From: Bispira polyomma
Lineage: Eukaryota
Assembly (NCBI GenBank): GCA_965649765.1
Contig: OZ287751.1
Coordinates: forward strand, 66,836,001-66,900,000
Direction: 5' to 3'
Length of the DNA: 64,000 nt
Shown: positions 1-12,109 of the stretch, piece after piece
How the letters are laid out: every line of letters starts with the position of its first letter
Numbering within the stretch: the first letter of the stretch is position 1
Notes under the pieces: model-generated
What the model was told of the DNA's origin: nothing
Seen by the model: the letters and a program-made list of their open reading frames with translations, nothing else
The model's database searches: none
Position numbers and translations under genes: made by a program

Positions 1-204
1 TCTGAATATCTTGTATGCTCTCTAAATCTATTTCTAGAACACCAATAAGTGAGCAATAAGATTTGACTCTTAAAAATTATGTACCCAATACGGATTGCTT
101 TTCCAATATTTTATTGCAATGAAAATATATAGTGGAATATATATTGTTTTAATGTGGCTCAATATGTTAACTGGTACAACGAAAATATTTGAAATGTGTA
201 TTAG

Positions 205-325
205 AATGGCAACCAGGATATGTTGTACCGAGAGCTGAGGCTGAATCTGCCTGTCCCACGCATCAGCAGGAAAAAGGGGAGGAATTGTCTAGTGTAATAC
301 AAAGATTGAGTAAGATTAGAGAGAG
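205..325 (+). CDS. Internal coding exon of unidentified host gene (WQPGYVVPRAEAESACPTHQQEKGEELSSVIQRLSKIRE)
   Basis: ttag| acceptor, open frame, AG|GTAAGT donor at 326; phase-2 end matches phase-2 start of exon 3362. Confidence 0.65.
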
Positions 326-452
326 GTAAGTATTAATACAAAAGCTGAGTAAGATTAGAGAGAGGTAAGTACTAATACAAAAACTGAGTAAGATTACAGA
401 GAGGTAAGTACTAATACAAAAACTGAGTAAGATTACAGAGAGGTAAGTACTA
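294..452 (+). repeat. 39-bp tandem repeat x4 containing the splice donor
   Basis: unit ctaatacaaaaactgagtaagattacagagaggtaagta; GT at 326, 365, 404, 443. Confidence 0.9.
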
Positions 453-550
453 AGTACAGATACTTCATGTACACAATGTTAGTGTAATGGCCTGTTCCTA
501 TACAAGTGAAAAATTCATCCGTACACGTCAAAATATTCGCTCCTTATATA

Positions 551-750
551 CAGTTAAATCTCTATTATCTAAAGTTTGATTGTCCGAATATTCAATTTTA
601 TAAACTAAATTTTACATTCCTAAATTTCGGATTTCCAATAAATTATTGTTTTATACAGACACGTCTCCTCAGTTTTCTAGCTTATGAAAATTCCATTATC
701 CAAACAAAATCTGCTCCCCCATCATGTTTTGGATAATAGAGGTTCTACTG
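551..750. mobile_element. Tc1/mariner(pogo)-type MITE
   Basis: TA-cagt...actg-TA termini with imperfect TIR (tctattatc/gataataga); same right end as 2990-3189. Confidence 0.65.
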
Positions 751-1029
751 TATGTCATTATAGTGTGTCCATACATCTGTGTAAGTCATTCGTTTCCTTA
801 AAAATTGTCCTGAGAGTGAATTTTGATGGACACAAACCAAAGCTGTATATCAAGTAGTTACTTCTGTGCAATAACCTAATTGGGGTATTTTGTATAAAAA
901 AAATTGTGTCTTGAGATACTGATAAAAAGGTTGAGATAATTAGTACATTGAGAGTACAAATAAGAAAGTTATACTTTAAAGACTATATGTTTTGAAACAA
1001 ATAGAATGATTTCTGATTTATTTGGTCAC

Positions 1030-1155
1030 AGGAGTGACAAATGTTGCTGATGTGAGTATCAAATGAGAAAGCAGAGTCAATAGTAACACCAAGGTTCTTG
1101 ATTTTTTCAGCGGGCCGTATATCATTGCCCAGTAGTGTAATGGGAAATAATTATG
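1030..1155 (-). pseudogene. Short relic of CR1/L2-type LINE ORF2
   Basis: minus strand reads FPITLLGNDIRPAEKIKNLGVTIDSAFSFDTHISNICHS, aligning with FPVDILGSRLFTADKVRKLGVLFDSEFSFSNHVASVCRS of the LINE at 31.9-33.6 kb. Confidence 0.8.
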
Positions 1156-2297
1156 TAAAACCTAGACTTACTTAAGTCTTTTCTTACTTGATTATGATGC
1201 TGTTAATGTATTGAATGACAACAGTATTTTACCAGTTGAACATAATTTTCAAACTCCATGTGATAAGTGAAAGCGTCTTTTCCTCACTAAATAGTATGTA
1301 CAAGTTGTATTGTTTATTTGTGAGTCAGATATTTTCGTAATTACCAACAGCATTTGTTACTTCCAGAACCTCTGTCTGTTGGCAAGCATTCAACACCCCC
1401 AAAATATTATTTTATTTTGCTTCAGTTCCTCGCAATAGGAAATTGTTAAATCAGTCTGTGGTGTGTGTTTTTGTTACTTTAGTTAGAAAAATTTTCTTCC
1501 AATTTGTTACACGTTTAAATTATTTTTGTGTACCGCCAGGTCAACAAGAAGTGGTATGTAGGTTATCGATGTATACAAAATGTAGAGCTAACCAAATTCT
1601 TACCAGATCACAATACATTCGATTGGGGATTTCATGATGATTACCTTAATGTTTTTAACAATAAAATTGGGTGAATCATCATCAGTAGTAAAATCTGGCG
1701 ACCTGGAAAAAACAGATCAATTCCCAAAGGGACAAAGTACATAGTATTACACTATGCTCCATAGTATTGTCAGAGTTAGGGGTAAGGTGACCTTGTGGTT
1801 GGTTGTGCAAACAAATAGTTACACAACTGAGTTCACACCATTGGCCATTGTGTACAGATAAATTTCTTAAATATTTATTTGCAATACTGTGTGTAATCAA
1901 AAAACACATCAAAAGCGTTTTAATGATATTTCTTGGTATTGATATTTTTGCTGTATTTTTTCACCTATGTTTTTGTAGTTGTATGAAAATCTACGAATGA
2001 TGTAATAAATCACTTGAGTTGATTATCCGTGAAATAAGTCCTCTGCTTTGATTTGAGGACATATATCTTACTTATGTGTTCTATTGGAGTGCATATTGAT
2101 TTGAGGTGTACATATTATATCTTAGTTCTCTGTTCTATTAGAGTGCATATTGATTTCAGGTGTACATATATTTTACTCATTTTAAATTTTATGACCTAAA
2201 ATCTAAATATCGGAGCAATATTTCAAGAATATGAATGATGTATACAGGTGTATTTTGAAGGTGGAAAAAAAAAATGAGGGGGAAATATCAAAGTTTT

Positions 2298-2360
2298 CAA
2301 CGGGGATTCGAACCTGGACTGCTGGCGTAAAAGGCCAGAATCCTGACTAGTAGACCAAAT
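2298..2360 (-). pseudogene. tRNA-derived fragment (pseudogene or SINE head)
   Basis: minus strand has A-box-like tggtctactagtcagg and B-box ggttcgaatcc; no full cloverleaf. Confidence 0.5.
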
Positions 2361-2989
2361 AATAATAATAAACTATTTCATACTATAAAGCACATTTAAA
2401 AAAAACAAAGGGAAAATCCCCTAAAACACTACAAAAAATTCATAGAAGTATAACATGCAGATATATTAATTAAACTCGTACATGTGGAATACCCAGCCAG
2501 ATTATGTTCAACATAATTGTAATTACCAACTAACAACTGAAAGTTCAAAATTTTTGAAGTATCAGACCTATTACTATATCAGACCATATGGGGAAGTCAT
2601 GTAATGGCTAGGAAAATGATGAAATCTTATAGTCGCCTGTTTATATTTCTAAAGCCAATGTGGTGCTATATAACAGCAAGATTTACTCGATTCGAGGAAC
2701 TATCACTTCAAACAAGCTGCTACCAACCATGGCTAATTTTTGCTGGGAAAAATAGGACGGCAAAGGAAAGCGATAAATTGTTTGAAATTGTCATAGCTCC
2801 ACTGCGAGTAATGAAGAATAGGGGGAAAAATGGCGAATAATAGGGATGAGATGGCTGGCTACCAAACTGGAAGAATTTCGAGTTCGCAGACAATCGCTAT
2901 CCAATTTTGTGACAGTATGACCGAGGCATAAGATAGGTATATGTATTGTCAAATAAAAATCTATTAACAGTGACATACTGAACAACGTA

Positions 2990-3189
2990 CAGTAAATCCT
3001 CCGTTACCCGAAAACGTCGGGAGAACAAGATTTTGTTTGGATAACAGAAGGTTTAGAAAATAAAATAAGTAGTTAATATACTATTTATATGTAAAACTAG
3101 AGGAAAACATAAATTTGGGAAAATGTGACAATGAGTTCTTAAAATTAAATATTTGGATATTAGAAGTTCGGATAATAGAGGTTCTACTG
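2990..3189. mobile_element. Tc1/mariner-type MITE
   Basis: TA-cagtaaatcctc...gaggttctactg-TA. Confidence 0.65.
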
Positions 3190-3361
3190 TATTACATTTT
3201 CAAGTTACACTGCCTAGCACCTGTACGCATCAACCACTATGGGTAAATTATTTTGAATGTATTTTCAATCCATAGGAATTAGGAATGCCCCCTTTATATA
3301 TAAAAGTATTACATGGTATTATTGATTTGAAGGGTGACCATTGTATATCTTTTGTAACTAG

Positions 3362-3488
3362 GACATTGGCTGGAGGTGACAGTAATGCCGGATCATCCAA
3401 TACCCAGTCCAAAGATAGCAGTGACAAGTGTGTGTCAATGGTTGTAGCTACCAAACCCACACCGACTAACTGTAATATATCTGTACAG
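3362..3488 (+). CDS. Host gene coding exon (TLAGGDSNAGSS...NISVQ)
   Basis: pyrimidine-rich ...ctag| acceptor, CAG|GTGAGT donor; phase 2 to 0. Confidence 0.7.
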
Positions 3489-3981
3489 GTGAGTATGTGT
3501 CAACACTTTGAACTACACATGTCAACATTACTCTTGGCAGACAAGCTATCCGGTGAAAATAGCTATGGGTGTTTTTGCCACATAACACAAAAATTGATTG
3601 TTTACTTCATGAACTGACGTCATGTGATATGTTTACTTTATGTACTGATGTTATGTGATAGGAGTGTGATCAACAAGAAGGGTTAATAAAGCTTGTTGGT
3701 TATGTAGAATTTCCCTATCTTGGGGTACTTAATGGTTAATCAGGCTTGTCTATTCAATAACAATACTATTGTGATGTCACTGTGGAGTGAAGATCTACTC
3801 TACATACCTTATAACATTGCGTGAAATTCACAGAAATATGATATTCTCAATAGGAGTAGTTATTTTCAGTGTCATATAGACTGAATTTTTTCTTAAAGGT
3901 CGCAAGTATAGCCAGATATATAGCGTCTAGTTTTACTGGTGCCAAAGTATATAACACCAGGCACTACACATAACTGTTATA

Positions 3982-4155
3982 CAGTTGACCCCCTTTAATT
4001 AGAACTCTGTAAAGTCATTTTCCCTGTTATGCGGAGATAAAATTGAAGTCCCATAAATGCCTTTTCCTTTCAAATCTACCTTGTTAAGTGGAAATCCTGC
4101 CTAAATGGAGGTATTATTCCGGGTCCCCTGTGGTTTAACCTAAAAGGGTCAACTG
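3982..4155. mobile_element. Tc1/mariner-type MITE
   Basis: perfect TIR cagttgaccc/gggtcaactg flanked by TA. Confidence 0.7.
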
Positions 4156-4194
4156 TAAATGTATTAGAAATGAGTCAGTATTTCACCGTTTCAG

Positions 4195-4338
4195 GTGGGT
4201 CACTCGCTGCTGTCTGGTTCCCCTGAAGACCCTCCTCACCAGGTTAAGGAAGCCCCTGAGATGACGGAGTGCTCTGCTCAAGTAGGGAATTCTTTACTCA
4301 ACAACTCACAGCTTAACCAGAAGGACAGTCAGTCTCAG
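4195..4338 (+). CDS. Host gene coding exon (VGHSLLSGSPEDPPHQ...KDSQSQ)
   Basis: tttcag| acceptor, 48 open codons, CAG|GT donor; phase 0 to 0. Confidence 0.7.
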
Positions 4339-4375
4339 GTATAGAATTTAAGTCAATCCCTGGTATAAATACTCT

Positions 4376-4608
4376 GGGGCTGCGGTGGCCTGGTGGTTAA
4401 AAAGTGCCTGCTTCTCAATTACTGGCCTCTCACTAATGTCGGTTCGAATCCTATTCGATCCTTTGTGTGAGAAAGTTTGTCGGGTACTTGCTGTAGGTCG
4501 GTGATTTACACAGTGGCTTCAGCACTTGTTTCTTCCACAATTGGATCTGGCCGTCGTGATATGACCTAATCAGTTGACACCGGCCTAAAACCCAATTGTA
4601 AATAAATT
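4376..4608 (+). mobile_element. tRNA-derived SINE (family A)
   Basis: A box tggcctggtgg, B box ggttcgaatcc; body shared with 6997-7230 and the minus copy at 23.3 kb. Confidence 0.8.
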
Positions 4609-5324
4609 TCCAAGGTAAGTTTAAGTTTTACTTATATTCAATGCACCAGTTGAATGCTAATGTTTTTGCCTTGGTTAAGCTTAACTTAATTCACACTTCA
4701 AAGATATATATAGTGAATAATTAATGACTTTAAATTTTAAGAAAAAACTCAAGTCTGTGACATTATGACGTTGGTCTATGACATACATTTACATATTAAT
4801 GTGCACATGTACTTCTCCTTCAAAACTATAATACCTAGAGCTGCCGATGTTTGTACTGATACCTTATGATGAAAACTTCAATGTATTGGGATCCACAAAA
4901 AATTGTTAATAATTATGTTGACTATCCTTATGTTAACTATCCTGTATTTTGGAATCAGAGTGAGATTGAGTGATTTTAAGACTATTTTCTTTCCTCTTGT
5001 GTATTCTGGACTTAGTCATAAGCTTTTTCAAAATGTCAAAAGTTTCAGGGTAAAGTTTTTAGCAAACTGGGTCAACATCTTAGAAACAGAGCGTGTGACA
5101 ACTGATTTTCTATATTTTTGACTGATCTACCTCTCTTAGTAGTGAAAGTTGTTGTATTATAATTTATAATGAGATACTCTTCAGCAGGGATCTTCAGATA
5201 AGATATAGGTTCTACTCTATATTGTAGTTTTAGTGTGCGATTTCAATTTTTCGGGTGATAAGGTACTCTTAAATAGAAGTATTAGTTTAATGTATATTTA
5301 ACCCATTTGGAGTTGTGGTAGATA

Positions 5325-5570
5325 ACAGTAAAACTTTGAGGACTTGTAAGTACTTGTCTATCTTGGAACTGAAGCACCATTAAGTAAAACTCGGATGACT
5401 TGTAGATACTTGTCTATTTTAGTCTTTAACTGAATCACCATTAAGTAAGTAAACTCTGATGACATAAAGATACTTGTCCGGTTTAGGCTGGAGCTGAAGC
5501 ACCATAAGTAAAACTCTGATGACTTGTAGATGCTTGTCTGTTTTAGGCTGGAGCTGAAGCATCATTAAGT
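5325..5570. repeat. ~60-bp minisatellite x4
   Basis: recurring agtaaaactctgatgacttgtagatacttgtc...gctgaagcaccatta. Confidence 0.8.
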
Positions 5571-6151
5571 CTGCCTAGTAACTTTATATTTCATCCGTAC
5601 TTCCTTGGAGAAAGCAACACAAATGAAGTCCTACATTTTCAGTCAGCATTTAAAGGTGGGTAATAGGGTTCTAAATAGCTTGATGTGTTGCTACCTAGGC
5701 GGTAGTTCCTTTTCATTAGCGGGAACCTGGGTATTCAAATCTTCAATAAATATAGCGCACACTGTCTATTTACTATAATGTAAACAAAGATGGCCTCTGA
5801 AAAGTGACAAATTTTACGAATTGTGATGCCAAAATTTGACCGTTTTAATAGAAATTAATGACCTCTGAATGATACTACATATGTAGGCAGTGTTTGTACC
5901 ATGGAAATAGTTGTCCACTTATGATCTTTGATGTTATATTCAGACTTGTTTATGAAGTACCAAACCATAAACAAATATTGCATAAGTGAAAAAGTAAAAT
6001 TTCACAGACATCTTCCTTTGCAAAAAAATAGAGCCGATTACTAGTGGGTATCTAATAAAAAAAGAGAACTTCTACATAAAACAAGCATCAGTCCGAGCTA
6101 GGTAGAGTTATCTAATGTTATGCAATAGAACCTCTATTTTCTAAACTTAGT

Positions 6152-6539
6152 GGTCTCCTGTGGCCCAGTGGTTAGGCAGTTTCTATGGTATTCAGAATGT
6201 CCCCGGTTTAATTCCCAGTGGAGGAGTTGGCTTAGTGATCGCAACTCCTGCTATTGTCGCTAGGTTAATTAGTCGCATAACATCCTTGGACAAGATGTGA
6301 AAGGGGCCGCGGTGGCCTAGTGGTTAGCAAGCATTGCGCTTCACAATCACTGGTCTCTCACCTATAGGCGGCGTGAGTTCGAATCCCGTCAATGCCTATG
6401 TGGGAAAGGCGGTAGTTCCTTACTGTAGGCCGCTGGTTTCAGTGCAGAACCTTGATCAACTGTATGCAGTGTTTCCTACAGCGTTTCCAACTACCCGTCC
6501 CATTATAACCTAAACAGGTACTAGAGTGGACAATAAATA

Positions 6540-6570
<31 letters not shown>

Positions 6571-6700
6571 TGGACAATATGTGAACACACCATTGCCTAC
6601 CCAGGACGACCCAGGCTATGTTATAGGACACATGATTGGTTTATTGATCCAGCTGTTGCACTTTAGAATATGCTTTAGAAGCACGTTAAAAGTATATAGT
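6152..6700 (+). mobile_element. tRNA-derived SINE (family B), interrupted by a nested SINE
   Basis: tRNA-like head; gtgatcgcaac, ataacatccttggac and gttgcactttagaa blocks shared with the minus copy at 25.1-25.35 kb. Confidence 0.7.
6302..6570 (+). mobile_element. Nested tRNA-derived SINE with poly(A) tail and 15-bp TSD
   Basis: A/B boxes (gttcgaatcc), long A tail, TSD tggacaa(g/t)atgtgaa at 6287-6301 and 6571-6585. Confidence 0.85.
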
Positions 6701-6996
6701 ACAATACATTAAACTTAAGCTGTCCAGATCTTTAGTTTTAAAAATTTTAATTTTTTTTTCAAAATTCTCCTGAAAGTTGTTTTGCATTAGAATTTTGTAA
6801 ACTCTTTATCTGAGAAAACCTTACTTTTTCTTTCTAGATATTTCACTCTATTAAAATAACCTCAGATTTATGAATTTTTTGTACTTTTTACATTATAGAG
6901 TAATTATGTTGATTTTCAAAGTATATAATGGAGAAAAAAGAAAAAGTAGATTTAAAAAAGATTAAATGTACAAGTCACTTTCATTTTTCTTGTTAG

Positions 6997-7230
6997 GGCT
7001 GCGGTGGGCTAGTGGTTAGAAGTGTTAGCTTCGTAATCACTAGCCTCTCACCAATGTGGAACCGAATCTCATTTGTTCCTTCATGTGGGAAAGTTTGTCA
7101 GCTACTTGCTGTAGGCTGGTGGTTTACTGTGGCTTCAGCACTGGCTTCTTCCACAATTAAATCTGGCCGTCGTGATATTACCTGAGCTGTTGAAACAGAC
7201 ATAAAACCCAACTAAATTCAAATTTCTTTG
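6997..7230 (+). mobile_element. tRNA-derived SINE (family A) inserted at a splice acceptor
   Basis: homologous to 4376-4608; flanked by tcttgttag at 6988-6996 and 7231-7239. Confidence 0.8.
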
Positions 7231-7239
7231 TCTTGTTAG

Positions 7240-7416
7240 AACCTTGCTTGCCGGCAAGGTTACAGGGTGAGAGAGTAAAGGGGGCAGGGGATATAGAAGA
7301 GGAGTCATTTGTGGCCTCTACTCAGATAGACAGAGAAGAGGGGGAGATCATGGCACCCAGACCGGACTTCGCAATGTCTCCAGTCAAGAACTCACAGGCG
7401 GGTCAAAGGTTAAGAG
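7240..7416 (+). CDS. Host gene coding exon (EPCLPARLQGE...GQRLR)
   Basis: ttgttag| acceptor, AG|GTCAGT donor at 7417; phase-1 end matches the 14837 acceptor; upstream phase needs one more unidentified exon. Confidence 0.65.
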
Positions 7417-8296
7417 GTCAGTAGGCTAATGGCCATTTCGTGGGTTATAACACCAAATACGTTGGGTGAAATTAATTTTTAGCCCAAGACATAAACAAAC
7501 ATAATTGATCTCACACAGAAGTATACCGAGAAACTTAGTGGTGATTCAAAATTCATGGCTCTGGACAAGGCTTTGTGGAGACTTAGCACCATAGAGAATG
7601 CCGTTACAATTTGATTTTTTGAAAATGTGTCATTTTTAAAGTATAATACAGTCAAACTGGTATAAGATGTCCACCTTACAAATCAGTAAACAGTGTTTTT
7701 TGTCGTGGGTGAGTGATGTTTGGCTTTATTATGAAATTTCTTACTAAAATATAAAGGTAATATTGAAGGCATTCTTGTATATTAGCTGTAATTATGTCCA
7801 CCCCAGTGGGGGGGTGGACATATTATTTTTGCTTTTTCCGGCGTCCAGCGTCTTCTTTTGTTTCCGGGCATTTTAAGGAAAAATATTTGACATATCTTTA
7901 CCAAATTTGGTATGACCAATAGTTAGGTCAATAGCTTGCTTGGGATTGCTTTTAGTGATAATAGCTATATAACTGACTCAGCAATAGTTACTTAGCTACT
8001 TTTAGTAGTAATAGCTACATAGCAAAAAACATAAATATGTCTATCTCCTAAACCGTGCGAGATAGAGCGATTTCGTCGAAATTTTCGACCCTCAGGGTAT
8101 CTAAGCAATGTAGTCTTGGCAATTTTGAAAAAAATTTTACTCTCCCGCGGCCATTTTGAATTTTCGAATTTTTGCCAAAAATGGAAAAACGTAAATTTGC
8201 TTCTATCTCCTTAACCGTGCCAGATAGAGTGATTTCGTCAAAATTTTCGACCCACAGGATATCTACAAAATGTACTTTTTATTGCGATAAATACAC

Positions 8297-8460
8297 CTTA
8301 CCTTATCCTCACTAACGCTATATAATTTAGTACACCTAAATGTTCGACCACAAAAATCACTTAAGTCTTTTTTCAAAGACTATTCTTGTGATTTGACCTA
8401 AATAAATCTCACCAACCTCACTGCGCATGCGCCGGAAGTCCCTTCAACTCTCGTCCTCGA
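8297..8460 (+). repeat. Left inverted terminal repeat of DIRS element
   Basis: reverse complement of 13519-13682 with 2 substitutions. Confidence 0.95.
8422..8439 (+). promoter_or_regulatory. NRF1-like plus ETS motif in the ITR (putative promoter; mirrored at 13540-13557)
   Basis: TGCGCATGCGC overlapping CCGGAAGT. Confidence 0.5.
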
Positions 8461-8689
8461 AATTAATTTGGTCGCCGTTGTGTCAACACCTAGTTCGATC
8501 TACTACTGGAGTTTTTGAAGAAAAATAGATGCTTTATTTCATAAGGCAGGATGTATTGTGGCTGAGGAACTTGCTTTCTACAGTTAGTTTCATCATTGGC
8601 AGCGTTTTTGGAGGGTTTACCAGACTTTCCATTTCGTTAGCGATCTTAACGTCCATTGCCGGTTTTGTCGAGTTTTGGAACAGCACAGG

Positions 8690-8838
8690 AGTCAACTTAA
8701 CACAACCAGATGTTGTGGTGTTAACTTTTCACAACGAGATGTTGTGGTGTTAACTTTACACAACGAGATGTTGTGGAGTCAACTTAACACAACGAGATGT
8801 TGTACAGTCAACTTAACACAACGAGATGTTGTGGTGTT
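8690..8838. repeat. 29-bp tandem repeat x5, each with a CACAAC-N5-GTTGTG hairpin
   Basis: cacaac at 8701, 8730, 8759, 8788, 8817. Confidence 0.9.
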
Positions 8839-10979
8839 GCCGGATAATTGTTTTGTGTGCCTAGCTCTGTATTCAGGGCATGGGAGGCACATAGAATTTT
8901 CTATGGCGAAGAAGTCCCAACAGTGATGTCTTAGCAGTGATGTCCCAACAGGGATATCCTAGCAGTGATGTCCTAACAAAGGAGGTGTGTTGAATTGCTG
9001 GTTGATTATTTGGTGGGCCTAGCGCTGTTTTTCAGAGCATTGGAGGCTCATCGAATTTTCTATGGCTGATACGCAGTGTTCTGATGGTGATGGCCTTACA
9101 GTCATGTCCCAACAGTGATGTCCCAAAAGTGATGTTACAACTGTGATATCTCAACAGACTCAAAGCTTATAGTTCATTGTGAACGCTGGAAGCTCTTAGT
9201 ATATCTTGAAGATGATGGTCCTTGAGGTTCCTGAAGGCTGAAGTTGCGAATACTACAGCTGCTGACCCCTGAGCTACCTGAAGATGTGAGCTACCTGGAG
9301 ATGACTGCTATGTTACTTATAGTTCATTGTGAATTCTGGAAGCGCTTACTATGTTCTACAGATGAAGATCCTTGTGGTACCTGAAGGCTAAAGTTGTGAA
9401 CACTACAGCTCCTGATGTCTTACAGCTGAGGATCCCTGAATTACCTTCCTGTCAGCTTTGCTACCAGTTCCGATACAAGGATAGAAGGGGACCTGGGCAG
9501 AAGAGGGTGAATCATCAGCACACAGGATTGGATAGGGGTTTTCTGACTAGGTTAACATCCAGTTGGATTTTCCCTGAGAACTGGAGGTGTAGCATCACTG
9601 ATGTACTTAAGATATCTGCTACAAAGAAGGGGACTGCTGTTTGCTGATAGTTCTCTTGTGAATGATAGAAGATCTTTCCAACTATTGCATCGATTTTTCA
9701 GCCATCCAATGCTTGATGTATGTGAGGTATGATCATTGCCAGTATAGAGGGACCCTGATAATGTTGTTATCAGTTTCACTTCAAGCTATATCGTCAAAAT
9801 TACTGAGGACTTTCTGATCGAGTTGAGTGGAAGGAGACCTAGGTAGATGAGAGTGAATCGTCAGCATATAAGTTTTACAGGACTTCTTTGGCTAGGGAAC
9901 TTGAACTTTCCCCTGAAACTGGAGATGTACAGAGATGATATTTCCACTGAAGCAGAAGATCTCACAATGTTGGGGAATTTAAAGAGTAACCAGAGAATCA
10001 TAGTGTCTTCTCAACAGTACTCATCACAGCCATCATATTCTTCTGATTCTTTGCTGATTTTCTTGACAGAGAGTGTCTACTTTTTCTTGGAGAATATGGA
10101 ATCTCTCAGACCCATGTTTTTTCCAGATTCCAGGAGGGATTCACTTTGATAGATGTGATGCAAGTTTGAAGATTGGGCAGAACACCGTCAATTTGCCATA
10201 ATAGCCATGTGTTTGACAGAAACCATTTTTTGTGGAGTGTCCTGGCTTCTCACAGTCTTATCAACAGAGATTTCTACCTAGACAGCCACGAACAAGTAAT
10301 GGTTTTTTTCTCTTAAATGGCTGAACAAGGCCAGGTTCTAACAGTAAAACAGAATACTTGCAGTATTCTAGTTGATTACAGTCTTCTCCACAGATATATC
10401 TATCAAAGACAGTTACGAGAAATCAAATGATGTTTAGTTGGCTATTTCTATTTCCGGGTGTGCTGTTCCCGAATTCGGGCCGTACTGCGAGATGAATACC
10501 AGGCTTACATTAATATGGACTCTTCTCTGAGTAAATATCACGTGGTGTAAGAGACGAAAATGGATATATTTGACAAATATTGTGTATGAAGACGATGCTG
10601 TGAGATCTGGGGAGAGTTCTCAATGTGATGACGGATTATGAATGAAGAGGGTTTACTACTGGGGATAGCAGTATATATAGACGAGGTGAGATTTTTCGAC
10701 GTCTTGTGAAAGAACGATCCCGTTGTGTACGGCTGCCTAGCTTCTCAAATTCAACTTGAAGAGGTATCTGAATATGGCAGTTTTGTTAGCGAAAATAGAT
10801 ATATTTGGGTGGCGTTAGACGTCTGGTACTCTTATATTCTATTTAATTCAAAGATTCGCCGAGATTCAATGGATTCGTTGTGAGGAATCATTAGTGTATG
10901 GGCGATAATAGGTGGCAGTAAGACCTGCCAATGTATACTTTTATGCTGGCGAATTTGCAGATATTCATGTTTCAGGTGG

Positions 10980-11230
10980 GGAAGCAGTTTCTTGCGAATA
11001 TTTTTGGATTATTCACCCTTGATGGATGGATATTTAAATTCTTCTGCAGGATTATTTTTCGACATTTTCAACAACAGTCGTGTTCAAATCTGGAATTTCT
11101 TCACAATATTTCACTCTGTGGGCTGGTTTATTGTTACACAAGGTCAGAAATCGATCCTAGACAGGAAATCGAGTTTTCTGGGCTATCATTTCATTCTAAG
11201 TCAGGTGACAAAGTCACTGACTTATTTGAA
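10980..11230 (+). pseudogene. Heavily decayed DIRS reverse transcriptase remnant
   Basis: TLDGWIF resembles YLDDWLI; RSEIDPRQEIEFSGLSFHS resembles KSxLxPxQxIxFLGxxxDS. Confidence 0.6.
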
Positions 11231-11699
11231 AGCAGAAGCAGTTTTTCTAGCATAGTGTTTTTTGAAAGTTTACCAATGAGAAACAACTGCTACAACAACT
11301 ACAGAGGCCTACAGTAAAGATTGCGCTACTTGTTTAAGAGATTTTATTCCAAATGGAATGAATTGGTTGGAGTTAAACAGTTTTTTGGCCTTGTTATCTT
11401 CAGCATCGAGTTCCATGCCAGAACAATTTCACAGTTTCAAGACCAGAGATAGGTTGATTATTACAGAATATTCACTTCATTAACCAATGCTCGTGCTTCT
11501 GTACATTTTTCCCACATCTAGACAGTTGGCTTTTTCATTGGTAATGGATGGAAAATGTTTTTGGTTGTGTGGTCAGGTTTTCCATTATATGCAGGACATG
11601 TTTAAGAACATTTGTCATTGAGGATGGTCCTCATCATAGGATTATTAGACGGGGAATATAAAGAAACTTAGGACCATTGCTGTGTAGGGTACCTGCTAT

Positions 11700-12070
11700 T
11701 TTGGAGATGTCTGAAACTCATAAAATGAATTAATTGGCATCTGAGCTTGCAGATCCTGTTTCACTAGTGTTCATTCCAGCCATTAAACTGGCCCTGGATG
11801 GTTTATTTGCTGGAATTATTTTTTGGTGTCCTGGCAGATCTGGAAGATATTATCTTGTTAGATCTGACACAGGTACTACTTCATCTTCATACATACAGTC
11901 ATATGCTGATGAGCTGCTTTGTTTTCTCTCAATTTTATATTTCTCTTCATGTGTGTGTTAGAGTTTTTCTATTTGGGAAGGTGATGCCGTCTGAATGTCT
12001 GTTTCTTGGCATGACGACTCGAGTGCAGTACCTTATCCATTAAATGGGTGATGGATTGTTTCTCGATCTG
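11700..12070 (+). pseudogene. Decayed DIRS RNase H remnant
   Basis: YLVRSDTGTTSSSYIQ resembles VxVRSDNTTxVAYIN, in the expected order after RT. Confidence 0.5.
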
Positions 12071-12109
12071 GGTTTTTTCATGCTCTACATGTTTTAGTAT
12101 ATGTATAGA

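Noticed and set aside
8690-8838. CRISPR-like palindromic 29-bp repeats
   Set aside because: Units are directly adjacent with no unique spacers, there are no cas genes, and the context is eukaryotic
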